A stretch of DNA of 63,973 nt, the filler included, from Octopus bimaculoides (taxonomy: Eukaryota): NCBI RefSeq assembly GCF_001194135.2. It is 6 parts of 6 records of this genome, joined end to end, with 100 filler letters (N's around TTAATTAATTAA, not from the genome) between each part and the next. Parts side by side here need not be neighbours in the genome. Positions count along the whole stretch, not along the records: positions 1 to 21,179 come from NC_068995.1; positions 21,280 to 52,146 come from NC_068982.1; 4 more parts are not named here. One strand, given 5' to 3'. A program made the translations under genes and the position numbers. Of this stretch, positions 12,726 to 24,339 are shown in pieces (position 1 is the first letter of the stretch; each line of letters starts with the position of its first letter). The notes under the pieces were generated by a model. That model did not search any database. It worked only from the letters and a program-made list of their open reading frames with translations, and was not told the origin of the DNA.

Positions 12726-12900
12726 GTAAGTTTTTAAGATATTGTTATTTTAAAAAAAACAGTAAGCACTTTCTGATGAGAGTTTCTACTGGGCTAGAAC
12801 TGCCATATTAGGGATGGGCTATATTTTAACTTCATAGGCTACATTGGGACTTTTGGAAAATTTCGTGAGCCATGCTGAACTTATATAGCCTATTTAGTTG

Positions 12901-13051
12901 GGCGCAGGAGTGGCTGTGTGGTAAGTAGCTTGCTTACCAACCACATGGTTTCGGGTTCAGTCCCACTGCGTGGCACCTTGGGCAAGTGTCTTCTACTATA
13001 GCCTTGGGCTTGTGAGTGGATTTGGTTGATGGAAACTGAAAGAAGCCCATC

Positions 13052-13083
<32 letters not shown>

Positions 13084-13310
13084 TATGTGTGTGTGTGTGT
13101 GTGTGTNNNNNNNNNNTGTGTGTATGTGTGTTTGTATGTCTGTGTTTGTCCCCCCACCATTGCTTGACAACTTAGTGGTTCGTCAAAAAGAGACCAATAG
13201 AATAAGTACTAGGCTTACAAAGAATAAGTCCTGGGGTCGATTTTCTCGACTAAAGGCAGTGCTCCAGCATGGCCACAGTCAAATGACTGAAACAAGTAAA
13301 AGAGTAAAAG
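12901..13310 (+). mobile_element. tRNA-derived SINE (family A), near full length, with internal microsatellite and gap
   Basis: ggcgcaggagtggctgtgtggtaag head, B box ggttcagtccc, and 3' end gctccagcatggccacagtcaaatgactgaaacaagtaaaaga. Confidence 0.9.
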
Positions 13311-15039
13311 AGAGAGAGAGAGTATTTTATATAATGTTCTTGACATCGGTAAATATTTTCATAATTTTCAACTTTTTATATGCATGTTAATTTTAAAGTT
13401 AATGCAGGTAAATAAACTTCAGAAAATAATTTCCCAACTAAAACACACATTACACCTTGACCAAACACATTATATGTCTGAATGTTTTACTGGTTCAGGT
13501 TGTTATATAAAACTGTAGCTATAGATTTACCTTTTTCATGTAATTCTTGTTATAAAAGTTAATAATATTATCCCATTTTAATATGTCTTTTAGATATGTT
13601 CAATATGAAAGTATTAAAATTCTACTAAAATGAGTTATTTAGTAAAAAAATTAGATATATATATATATACAAGTAATTATATATCTGTAATGTGATTGAA
13701 TTGCTATTAAGACATTTAATCGGATGAATATGTCCATTTTTGTAAGTTTACAAGCTCATCAAAATCAGGTGTCTGATCAGAAGTAGTCAGTGGTCAGTAC
13801 AGCAGACACATGCTCATGAGTCATCACACTTCTTCATCTTAACTTATTATGTCACATCACTGAAAATGTTTGCTCACAAATGTAAGGCAAATGAAAGAAA
13901 ACAAGGTGTTTAGCAAAATTCTTCAGATTTGGAAATTTTTCATCACTGAGAGAAACATAAGATTTCGAGATTGGAATTGGCTTAAATTGCATGGAAAGCT
14001 ACTTTGAAGATCAATGAACTCAAATTGAAGCTTGTTTGGAGCTTTATCAACAACAAATGCAAATGATGATGATACCAAGAATAATTCATTTTCTATCATT
14101 TTGAAATCATTGAATCAATGAGAAAATTTGGTATGGAAATTTATTAATTCGGAACTGCAACTATTTATCTTTGTGTTCCAAGTTAAAACTTGCTGTAAAT
14201 TTTTAGAGTATATATATATATTGCCTCTTTTCCATGTGTCAAGAAAACAACAGTAGTCAGTTTTTAAATGCTGTTAAAAGCCATATACATAATTTCCTTT
14301 CCATTCCAAGTTTCTGTTAAGTTTATTAAATACATGTGTAAATTTTACTGCAAATTCAAAATCTTATATCCAATATTCAGTGAGATAATTTTTCTTTCAT
14401 TTCTAAAAGAATATTGAATTTTACTTCTCAAATTCAATGCTCTGTTGAAAACTTGCCTTAAATTTAACCTTTGTGTGATACAGAATGTCAGTGCATTCTA
14501 CATACTGTTCTTCCAAAAAATTCACAAATTACATCTGATTTAAGCCATGCTTTCTAATATAATTCACTATATCTTAACTGTGTCTACATGATTAATCCCT
14601 AAAAGTTTTTCGTAGAGTTTCTTGATGTAAAATGCAGTGCAAAAAGGATAAGAAAAAGATTTATTTTCAGTATTTATTTCCTCTGACAAATTAAGATATT
14701 CTTTTGCATGTTTTATATCAAAGTGATGCTTTTGGTCATGGTGATTTAAGACCACACTTTCTTGTTGGTATATGAGACAAACTGGTTCACTGTTTATGTC
14801 AGTGAAAACTGTTTGTATTCCAACTTTTTGTTGATCACTTAAATTTCATCTAATACTTTACTTTTTTTTATCATCTTCAAATTCATTAAACAAAGTGTAC
14901 AAATACACACACACAGGCATACACACATGCACACATGGTGTTCTGGCTAAGTTTGACAATTTGTGTCAAAGGAATAGAAAACACAATATCTCATCCAAAA
15001 ATAAAAGTATTTTAAAAAGTTTCAATAACTATCAACTAG

Positions 15040-15990
15040 ATTATGGTTGAGAGATAACAGTTTACTCATAGTAGCCACCTTCAGCTTCCACCACTGCCAC
15101 AAGATGGTACGATAACCTGGTGCAAGTGTTTCTTAGTGTGTCCTTGAAAAGATCTTTGAACACCTCTTTGATCAGCCTCGGTGTTGCATGCAAAGTGATT
15201 GGTGTCGCTTTCAGCCACACCCCACACATAATAATTCATGGGATTACAATCAGGGAAATAAAGACGCCAGAAATTGGGGCTGGTAAAGTTGTAGAAATTC
15301 TCTGACAATCACTTCTGACCCTTTCTGGAAGTATGATAAGAAGCCAAACCCTGCTGTCGCACATATGACTTCCTTGCAGGAACTTTCCCAGCCAGGGTTT
15401 TGATTACTGTCTCCAGCAGCTTCACATACTGTCTGAATTGAACCTAAAGCTATGTTTAAAGGTGTTGGGTGGCTTGATACCACTCTCACTGGGGATACAC
15501 CCAAAGACTATCACTGTTTGGAGAACTTGGTTTTCATGATACTGGACAATGGACGTTAAATGATGACGATGATGATGTGGGACATCACATATTCATTGTA
15601 GGCATAGGTATTGTGCAGCTGGTCCTGGCAGAAGTTCTTTACATCTGAGTAGAATCAAATCATTTCTTGCTCAACATGCCTCAGCTCTAGTTCAGTAACT
15701 CCTTTGTCTTTGTCAAATGGTTCTCCTTGGCTGTCAGAATTTCTCCCTTGCACCTCCTTTACAAGTGGTCGTGAAGGTCCTCAGTCAGGGCTAGCTTCAT
15801 GGTGGTGACTCCAACACCCATCTCGTTTGCCAAAGCCCAGGTTCCCTTGTTTGGATTTTCCATCCTTCTGTTGTGGGATGAATTCTGGTATGCAGACATA
15901 GTCAAGACACCAGTTGTGTCCCTTCCATGGCTTTGTAGTCTCCTCTTTTCCAATATTCGGTTGTCTTTCAGTCCTTCATGTTAGCTAACT
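15040..15990 (-). mobile_element. maT (DD37D-type) mariner-like transposon, decayed
   Basis: NFWRLYFPDCNPMNYYVWGVAE (WPP.SPDCNPLDY signature) and a FSDVKNF-like first Asp motif. Interrupted near 15540-15580 by a short RTE-tail piece. Confidence 0.75.
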
Positions 15991-16740
15991 GTTTCTCAAC
16001 TACAACTTTAATATTTATGCTCTCGAATGCCATTAACTGTTCACCAATACATCAAGCTGTTCTTCTAAAAAGGAGACATAAAAAATTATCAAATTTAGTG
16101 TGAACGCCTGGATGTATGTATATATGAATGTGTGTTCTCTTTCTCTTTTTAAGTTAGAATATTGACTGGCCACCTTCTTGGTAGCAAGGTCCTGAAGGAA
16201 AGCGTCAGGCTTTTTAGTCCCAGATATCGTGATCATATGTATATATATGTGTGTATATGTAAGCATCAATGTATGTATAACTAAAATCACATAAAAGGAG
16301 TTCCCAGATCAATATAACATACAATCAAATATATGTATGCATGAATAAACTGAGTATGAAATGTCATGTTACCAAGTGAAATCTAACAAAAAAAGGAGCA
16401 GATGAGACCTAAGAAAATCTACAAAAACATTGATGATATTTCAAAACCTCAAGTTATCTTTCAAAATAAAGCTTCAACATCATACACAATTCTTTATTTA
16501 ATTTAGAAATAATTATAAAAATTACAATTAGAACATATGATTTTTTTTAATGATTAATATACAAATCTCAAATGGCACATACTATAAATAATAATGCCAA
16601 ATCTGATAATCCTTCAAATGAATCTAAACCCAGGCATTTCAAATCTCCAAAATGCTTTGATTTGGTATAATTACTTGCTATTTGATATAACTAATTACTA
16701 TACGAACTGAAAAGATAAAATTAATACTAGTTTCAAATTC

Positions 16741-16938
16741 TGGCACAAGGCCAGCAATTTCGAAGGAGGGGTAAGTTGATTAGAATGCCCTCGGTATCCA
16801 ACTGGTACTTATTTTATCAACCCTGAAAGGATGAAAGGCAAAGTCAACCTTGGCAGAATTCAAACTTGGAACATGAAGACGGATAAAATGCTGGTAAGCA
16901 TTTTGCCTGGCACAGTAACAGTTCTGCCAACTCACTGT
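16741..16938 (+). mobile_element. SINE-like repeat (family B)
   Basis: ggcacaaggccagcaattt..aactggtacttattttatc..aaaggatgaaaggcaaagtc, homologous to the copies at 48338, 60040 and 60878. Confidence 0.8.
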
Positions 16939-17751
16939 TTTAGAAATAAGATTAATATTAATTTTGTTTTTATTCTGTCAAAATGTTGAAATGAAAGTCT
17001 ATATCTTTGAATTTTGAAAACTTCTTGTGGGTTTATGTGATCCACATCTAGTGGTCACATAGACCCATACCGCAGACCATATGTTGCCTAAGGCCTATAG
17101 TTTCCCCACCCTTGCTCTATACAGTCTCTCAAGATGCCAGAAATAGTGACTAAAAACCACATCCAACCAACTGAAAAAAGGAAGGACACATTGCTGTTCT
17201 AAATACACTTCATCAGTCAAAAATAACAGGATGATATGACTGGAGTATCTCACCATAGATCTACTCAGTACAGGCAAACCTGTCTAGTGCAATTCAGTTC
17301 AATATTTATCCTTAGAAAAGACCTCTTGCTGTAACAATCATCTGCCCTGCCTATATGCCAATATTCAAACTTGTATTAAATCAGTCTATTATTACTGGCA
17401 TTGAAAACAGATATAAAGCCAAGAAAACCCACACTTTTACTAATTCCATAGAAATTCCATAGATTTTTTCCATTTATGATCACTTTTCATGTACAGATGC
17501 ATGAGTGAAGATTTATTCTCAAGTATTGACTCTACTCTCATTCAAAGATTGGAATCAACAAGATTACAATGAAATATAAATGGATCCATGTATAGTAAAT
17601 TTGGAAAGTATTTCCTTGAAAATGGAAACTCTGAATGAATGAAATACCAGTTGTTTTTACCCATTAGTAAAATGATTATGTTAACACTGTTAATAAAATT
17701 ACTTGGCGACAATACACCCAATCTTGACCCACCCACACCCACCCACACTCA

Positions 17752-17802
<51 letters not shown>

Positions 17803-18604
17803 TTTAAACGACTTATTCACTGCTCACTTCCTGTGCATTATTCTATGTACTGTTCATGCACTTTTGGCTATTTTTCTTGATAAGTCGTAGTACACCTGAA
17901 TACTGAAAACAATAAGTTCATCATTATATCATTACTGGTGTAATGACCCTTCCAAGACACAAAATTTATTTCAACACACGGATTCACATCAATAATCTTG
18001 TAAACCAAATACAAAAGCAAAATATATCATCATGGTAGAACAAGAGAGGAATTTCCCCCACACCATTACATATACGTGCCTGTGCTTGTTCTTTAAAAAA
18101 AAAAGCCCAACCCTTCTCCATCTCTTTTTCTTTAACCGTCACCACCTCACTATTATTCCCTCTTCATTCTTCAATTACATATCTAAAAAAAACAACGAGA
18201 CATACAGTCGCTATTTCAATGATGACATGCAGGATAATGACTGGAAAAACCGATGTAAGGGACATAACTGTAACGGGACAACCGTGTTTTTTTTTTAATT
18301 CATTTACGTCACTTTTTACTGTCTTTCATCTCTGAGTTTTATAAACTCTATGTAGCGTTTTCACACCTCCAATAAAAATAAATAAATAAATAATTAAATA
18401 AGTAAATTAAGAAAGAAAGCCGAAGCTATACCGTTCCATTTAACCAACTGTTAATTTACCTTTCCACACTTAAAAGGTTCTTCAACACGAATTTGCTAGC
18501 ATTATGATACTAAATTTATAATACTCTACAAATAAATATCTATTCTATTACCTAATCTATGAGTGCTTCTATTCGACTGAATTATGAAAACTTATTGAAC
18601 TAGT

Positions 18605-18716
18605 GCTTCCCAACTTCATGGTTCAGGATTCAGTCCCACTTTGTGACACCTTGGCCAAGTGTCTTCTATAGCCTTGGACTAACCAAAAGATTGTGAGTGA
18701 AACTGAAACAAGCCCA

Positions 18717-18760
<44 letters not shown>

Positions 18761-18906
18761 CACAACTACTACCACCACTGAAAGCCAGTCTTGGCTTGTT
18801 TACATCCCTGATTTGGCAAAAGGGCCCAATAGAAAGTACTAAAATTCTTCAAGGTGATGTCACAGGATGGCCACAGTCTAATGATTGAAATAAGTAAATG
18901 ATAAAA
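18605..18906 (+). mobile_element. tRNA-derived SINE (family A), degenerate
   Basis: ggattcagtcccact..caccttgg.caagtgtcttcta, an internal (GT)n, and a ggatggccacagtctaatgattgaaataagtaaa tail. Confidence 0.8.
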
Positions 18907-19068
18907 TATGATATTTATACCAAAGTAAGCATATAGGTGGAAAACAAGGTAGATAAAATAGTACTCAAATACCAAAAACAGAGTAATATATGATTTCATT
19001 AAAGCCAAAAAAAACTTCACAGGTGTCTGATGAACATCAGACACCTGTGATAATACACAACAGTATTA

Positions 19069-19120
19069 TCACAATTGTCTGATGAGTAGTCTCGTGAAAC
19101 TCTGAGTAACAGTTTTGTGA
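19069..19120 (+). ncRNA. Type I hammerhead ribozyme motif
   Basis: Stem I tcacaattgt/acagttttgtga, core CTGATGA (19079-85), weak stem II, GAAA (19096-99), stem III ACT-ctg-AGT, cleavage triplet GTA (H17 at 19108). Confidence 0.7.
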
Positions 19121-19124
19121 ATTT

Positions 19125-19860
19125 TGTTTGCTTTTAATAACCATGGTATTACAGGAAGAACCGTTGATGTATTTCTCAACTGCCTGCACACATAGCAACC
19201 CATGGGATGACAATCAGGATAATTAAGAGGCCAGAAATTGTGGCTGGTGAAATCATTGAAATTATTCAACAACCACTTCTGAATCTTTCCACAAGTATGG
19301 CAAGGAACCAAAGCCTTCCAGTAGCTAGGGCTTGACCACAGTCTCTAGCAGCTTCATGTAGCTGTCTGAATTGATCTTAAGACCCTGTTCAAAGATGTAG
19401 GGTAGCATGTCATCTTCTCACTGAAGACACACCCAAAGATCCTCACAGTTTGTGGGAGGCTTGGTTTTCATGAATACATGGAACATCACATGAATTGTAG
19501 GTAATCACATGTTGTTCTTGGTGTTATATAATTGGGCCTAGTAGAAGTTTTTGTTTTTGTCTGAGAAGAATCAGATCATTTCCAGCTCAGCTGGATAACT
19601 CAGCTTGTTCAGAAGCTTTTTTGCCTTTGTCAAGCAGTTCTCTTTGGGCTTTGGCTGTCAGAATTTGTCCCTTTCACCTCTTGTACAAGTGGTAGGAAAG
19701 ATACTCATTCAGGGTCAGTTTGATGGTGGCAAGTCCAACACTTATCTCTCTTGACAAAGCCAGGATTCCTTTGGTCAGATCTTCCATCACCTTATCCTAC
19801 AGTTGTTGGATGAATTCTGGCATGTGGACACGGTGAGAATGCCTGTGATTATTGAATCTG
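19125..19860 (-). mobile_element. maT (DD37D-type) mariner-like transposon, decayed
   Basis: NFWPLNYPDCHPMGCYV motif. Nucleotide similarity to the 15040-15990 copy. Confidence 0.72.
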
Positions 19861-19879
19861 GCCTTGAAATTACCCCAGA

Positions 19880-21060
19880 TTCAATAATCACACTTTGAGT
19901 TTCAGGCACTGGGACAAAAGGAAAACGACCAAATTATCCAGTCATATATGGTCTCTAAAAGATAAAGGTGTCAGTTACAACATCCATTGGAAGATCTTAG
20001 CAAAGTGTAAAGCTTACACCAGCGGCAGCGGAAAGTGCGGTCTATGTGATATGGAAAGATGGCTCATCTGGAAAGGCAACTTAGACCCTGCTACATGTCT
20101 AAATTCAAGGACTGAACTTTTCGGATCATGTCCACATGTGGCCAAATATTTGCTACGTTTTTGGTCCCCCCCTGAGTTTACTGATAGGACTTGCTTTCTA
20201 TATTGTGTCTATGTATAAGTTTTTTATCTCTCTATACTTTTTACTTAGATTTGTTATATAGTTTTTATATTTTTACTGATAGGACTTGCTGATAGGACTT
20301 TACCGATAGGACTTGCTTTCTATATTGTGTCTATGTATAAGCTTTTTATCTTTCTATACTTTTTACTTAGATTTCTTATATATTTTTTATATTTTTTACA
20401 TAATTATAGAGTTAATGTTTTGTATTTTTTCCACACATATTTTTTCCTGTTTTCTCTCCTCCACCCTGCTTTTTCCTGTGCGCCTATAGACACGTACATG
20501 GAACCTTATGTGTGCATGTGTGCGGGTACGTGCGTATACAGATGTATGTGCATGCATGTGAAAATATGCGCATATTAGATGCGTTTTAACCTTATAGTTT
20601 TCTCACACTTTCTTCTGTATTTTGCTTTAGCTCTATAATTTTTTTTGCGTGCGTATGTTTGGGTGCAAGGTTGTTGAGTGTGTGTGTAGGGGTGTGTATG
20701 TGGGTACACCCATGTATGCGGGTATATATATGTATAGTTTTTGGCGAGTATATGGGTGAGCATGTGTGTGTTTCAAGTGAGGGTGGTTTAGTATATACAT
20801 ATACGGATTGATGCGCTTACGCAAACACTATAGACTTTTTTACTCCCTTACTTTTACCCCCTCCCCTTACTTAGGGGTCTATAGCACTTTTGTCTTAATA
20901 ACGGTCAACCACACAGTAATTTCCCTTGGTTTAATGGTCATTTTTCACAGGAATTTTCAATGGCCGCATAACTGAAGAGATGTTGGCGTGGGTTCCCACC
21001 CCGGCATCCGAAACTCAGAGTTTTATCATGGCTACCGAATAAGTGTCACATATTTTTACA
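19880..21060 (+). mobile_element. Penelope-like element 3' part (GIY-YIG endonuclease C-terminus, 3' region, pseudo-LTR with hammerhead)
   Basis: TTKLSSHIWSLKDKGVSYNIHWKILAKCKAYTSGSGKCGLCDMERWLI..CLNSRTELFGSCPHVAKYLL is the PLE W.L...W.IL...C.LC..E...LN.R.E...C.H tail. A hammerhead follows at 20963. Confidence 0.85.
20963..21032 (+). ncRNA. Type I hammerhead ribozyme motif
   Basis: Stem I gccg[c]ataa/ttat[ca]tggc, core CTGAAGA (20972-78), stem II gatgttgg/ccggcatc extended by gtgg-gttc-ccac, GAAA (21010-13), stem III ACT-cag-AGT, triplet GTT. Confidence 0.8.
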
Positions 21061-21179
21061 GATATATATATATATATTTATAGTATTAATAAAGTAGAAG
21101 ATAGAATGTGTATTAGACTTTCATTAAATACAACAGATGTTTTAACCCATTGTTCTGGGTCTCTTCGAGTACATCAATT

Positions 21180-21279
21180 NNNNNNNNNNNNNNNNNNNNN
21201 NNNNNNNNNNNNNNNNNNNNNNNTTAATTAATTAANNNNNNNNNNNNNNNNNNNNNNNNNNNNNNNNNNNNNNNNNNNN
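21180..21279. other. Artificial 100-bp scaffold spacer (44 N + TTAATTAATTAA + 44 N)
   Basis: The 12-mer has stops in all six frames. The same linker occurs at 52191, 57383, 61589 and 62836. Confidence 0.95.
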
Positions 21280-22001
21280 GCCCACATCAACAATAAGGTC
21301 AATATAGCTCGTAGGATGAGCTCCTGGATCTTAAGAACCTTCCAGTCCAGAGAACAAGGTGTCATCATTCCGATTTTCTCCTCATTTGTACGGCCACACC
21401 TCGAATACTGCTGCCCCTTGTGGTCTCCCCATACAAAACAAAACATCTCGAGGATTGAATCACCCCAGAGGGCAGTCACCAAACGAATTGAAGGCATGAC
21501 TGATCTTGATTACTGTGACCGCCTTAAAGCCTTGAAGCTCTACTCTCTCCAGCGCCGCCACGAGCGGTACATTATTTGTACGATGTGGAAAATATACCCC
21601 CAGCATTGCCCAAACGATCTGAAAATTAGTTTCAAGGTTCATCTTAGGCTGGGACCACGAGCCATACGCCCCCTGTCCAATTCAAAATTACAACGTATAG
21701 GTATACTGCGGCATAATTTTTTTTCCTCAACAGGCCCTGCCCTTTTTAACATTGTCCCGAAACAGATAAAAGACGAAACAGATCCTATCAGCTTTAAACG
21801 GAGTCTAGACAGCTTTCTCCAAAGAGTACCAGACAAACCACCCATACCTGGATACAACTCATTCAATAAGAACTCACTACTTGAATGGACCATAGACCAA
21901 AATTGACTGTAAAAAGGATTTAGATAATCCCATCAGGTGGTGCTATTAGGTTAGACATGGCCTGGAGCAACCTTTGGTCGAAACGTATCTAAGTTTATCT
22001 A

Positions 22002-22010
<9 letters not shown>
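21280..22010 (+). mobile_element. CR1/L2-like LINE, RT C-terminus and 3' UTR
   Basis: FVRPHLEYCCPLWSP..RIESPQRAVTKRI..Y.DRLKALKLYSLQRR.ERY..PGY..NSLLEW. The 3' end has the short repeat (taagtttatc)x2. The 5' end runs into a scaffold join. Confidence 0.88.
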
Positions 22011-22046
<36 letters not shown>

Positions 22047-22744
22047 GCACACACACATATAAGCGAACAATATTAAAGGTGCGAATTTCCCATCTGTTAT
22101 GATTTTGTTAAATTTGTCGAACATTATTTAATGTAAAGTCATGCACATCTCTCTTATTGTGTTACTCATTCTGTAGAGTATTCAGTTGAATAATTTTTGC
22201 GACGTGTATTTCTGTCTCTTCTCTCCTTCTTTGTCACACTTTTGCTTTCCTTCATCTCTACCTCTGTCTCTTTCTCTATCCCTCTGTAATACTTTCCTCT
22301 CTGTTGCTTCTGACTCTCTGCCCTCCACCACTCTCTCTTTCCTGCCACTACTCCATGACTCATCACCATTCACATTTCTTTCGTCCATTTTTTTCTCCAC
22401 ACCATTGACATGTTCAGTCACGCCTCTCTCTGCGCCTCCATTTTTATTTACACTGTTTGTTTTCTTCACCTTTCCTTCTGACTTTCCATCAGTCCATTTC
22501 TCATTTCCAGTCCTGCAGGATATTTTCCGTGTTACCTCACACATGTGTATCTTGCGGCTGCACGGCCTTTTTTCTTTGTATCTGTATAATTATTTTATGT
22601 TGCCTTGCTTGTTTACCTCATTGTCTTGTACGTTAGCTATTCTCACTGGCCTCTTGCTGCTGATGTCACCAAAATGGAAAATAACACTGACATTTCATTT
22701 TAACGGATATGTTTACCAAAATTACATTAAAATATTTTGAAATA

Positions 22745-23460
22745 CTAAAGGGTAAATCTATTCAATAAATCGCCATTGGCTTCCATTACGGCCTCGAGAT
22801 GACTTCGGAATCTCTTGCAACTCATCTGGACGGTCTCCTTGTTCGTGAATGATCCCATAATCCTTGCCTTCAATTCATCTTTGGCGTTACAAGTTTTGTT
22901 GTTTTCTCGCTCAACTGCATCCCAGATATAATATTCAAGGGGTTTGCAGTCTGGGCCATTAGGTGGCCAGATGTTAAGGGTGATGTGGTCGCAGGAATTT
23001 TCTGACTGCCATTACTGGGTTCTCCTGCTTGTGTCGCATTGTTCAGAGTCCTGTTGCCAGACATAGGGTCTTTCAGCAGTTACTATCTTGACCCAAGGCA
23101 GCACTACCTCCTCCAAGCACTTGACGTAGGCCTCCGTACTGAGTATGAGGCTGTGTGGGAAGATGAATAGAGGCATAACGTCACCATCACGAGTAATCGC
23201 TCCAAACACCATGATTTCGACTGGACGTTTGGTTTTTATCTCTCTCGGTACATATTCTCAGATTGCACTCTTTTCAGATTCACACCCAAACTCTCTGAAA
23301 TGTTCGTATTGGAGCTTCCGGCGTGAAAGCTAAGCAGTACACCATGCCGTTCCCAAATTTCTAGCTGAGTGAACTGCGTCATGGTGGTGTTACTCTCACA
23401 GACGGTGACCAACTGACCCTACTGTACTGTGTAGTCGACAAAATACAATACGCGCATACG
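22745..23460 (-). mobile_element. maT (DD37D-type) mariner-like transposon, decayed
   Basis: MVFGAITRDGDVMPLFIFPH..YVWQQDS..IWPPNGPDCKPLEY, with 37-residue spacing from the second Asp. Confidence 0.8.
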
Positions 23461-24279
23461 GGAAATTAAAAATATATAATGGAGACAATTCACCCATCTC
23501 ATGCTATATATACATACATACATATACATATATGCGTGTATATATATATGTCACAAAAGAGACAGAGGGTGATAACTAGCACAGCTTATTCNNNNNNNNN
23601 NNNNNNNNNNNNNNNNNNNNNNNNNNNNNNNNNNNNNNNNNNNNNNNNNNNNNNNNNNNNNNNNNNNNNNNNNNNNNNNNNNNNNNNNNNNNNNNNNNNN
23701 NNNNNNNNNNNNNNNNNNNNNNNNNNNNNNNNNNNNNNNNNNNNNNNNNNNNNNNNNNNNNNNNNNNNNNNNNNNNNNNNNNNNNNNNNNNNNNNNNNNN
23801 NNNNNNNNNNNNNNNNNNNNNNNNNNNNNNNNNNNNNNNNNNNNNNNNNNNNNNNNNNNNNNNNNNNNNNNNNNNNNNNNNNNNNNNNNNNNNNNNNNNN
23901 NNNNNNNNNNNNNNNNNNNNNNNNNNNNNNNNNNNNNNNNNNNNNNNNNNNNNNNNNNNNNNNNNNNNNNNNNNNNNNNNNNNNNNNNNNNNNNNNNNNN
24001 NNNNNNNNNNNNNNNNNNNNNNNNNNNNNNNNNNNNNNNNNNNNNNNNNNNNNNNNNNNNNNNNNNNNNNNNNNNNNNNNNNNNNNNNNNNNNNNNNNNN
24101 NNNNNNNNNNNNNNNNNNNNNNNNNNNNNNNNNNNNNNNNNNNNNNNNNNNNNNNNNNNNNNNNNNNNNNNNNNNNNNNNNNNNNNNNNNNNNNNNNNNN
24201 NNNNNNNNNNNNNNNNNNNNNNNNNNNNNNNNNNNNNNNNNNNNNNNNNNNNNNNNNNNNNNNNNNNNNNNNNNNNNNN

Positions 24280-24315
<36 letters not shown>

Positions 24316-24339
24316 ACAAAAGAGACAGAGGGTGATAAC

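Noticed and set aside
13594-17520. Candidate next ULK3 acceptors (ag|AT at about 13594, 13927 and 17494)
   Set aside because: Each hits an in-frame stop within a few codons and gives no MIT-like sequence.
21224-21235. TTAATTAATTAA palindromes (also 52191, 57383, 61589, 62836)
   Set aside because: Each is centred in an identical 100-bp N spacer and encodes stops in all frames. It is an assembly linker, not biology.
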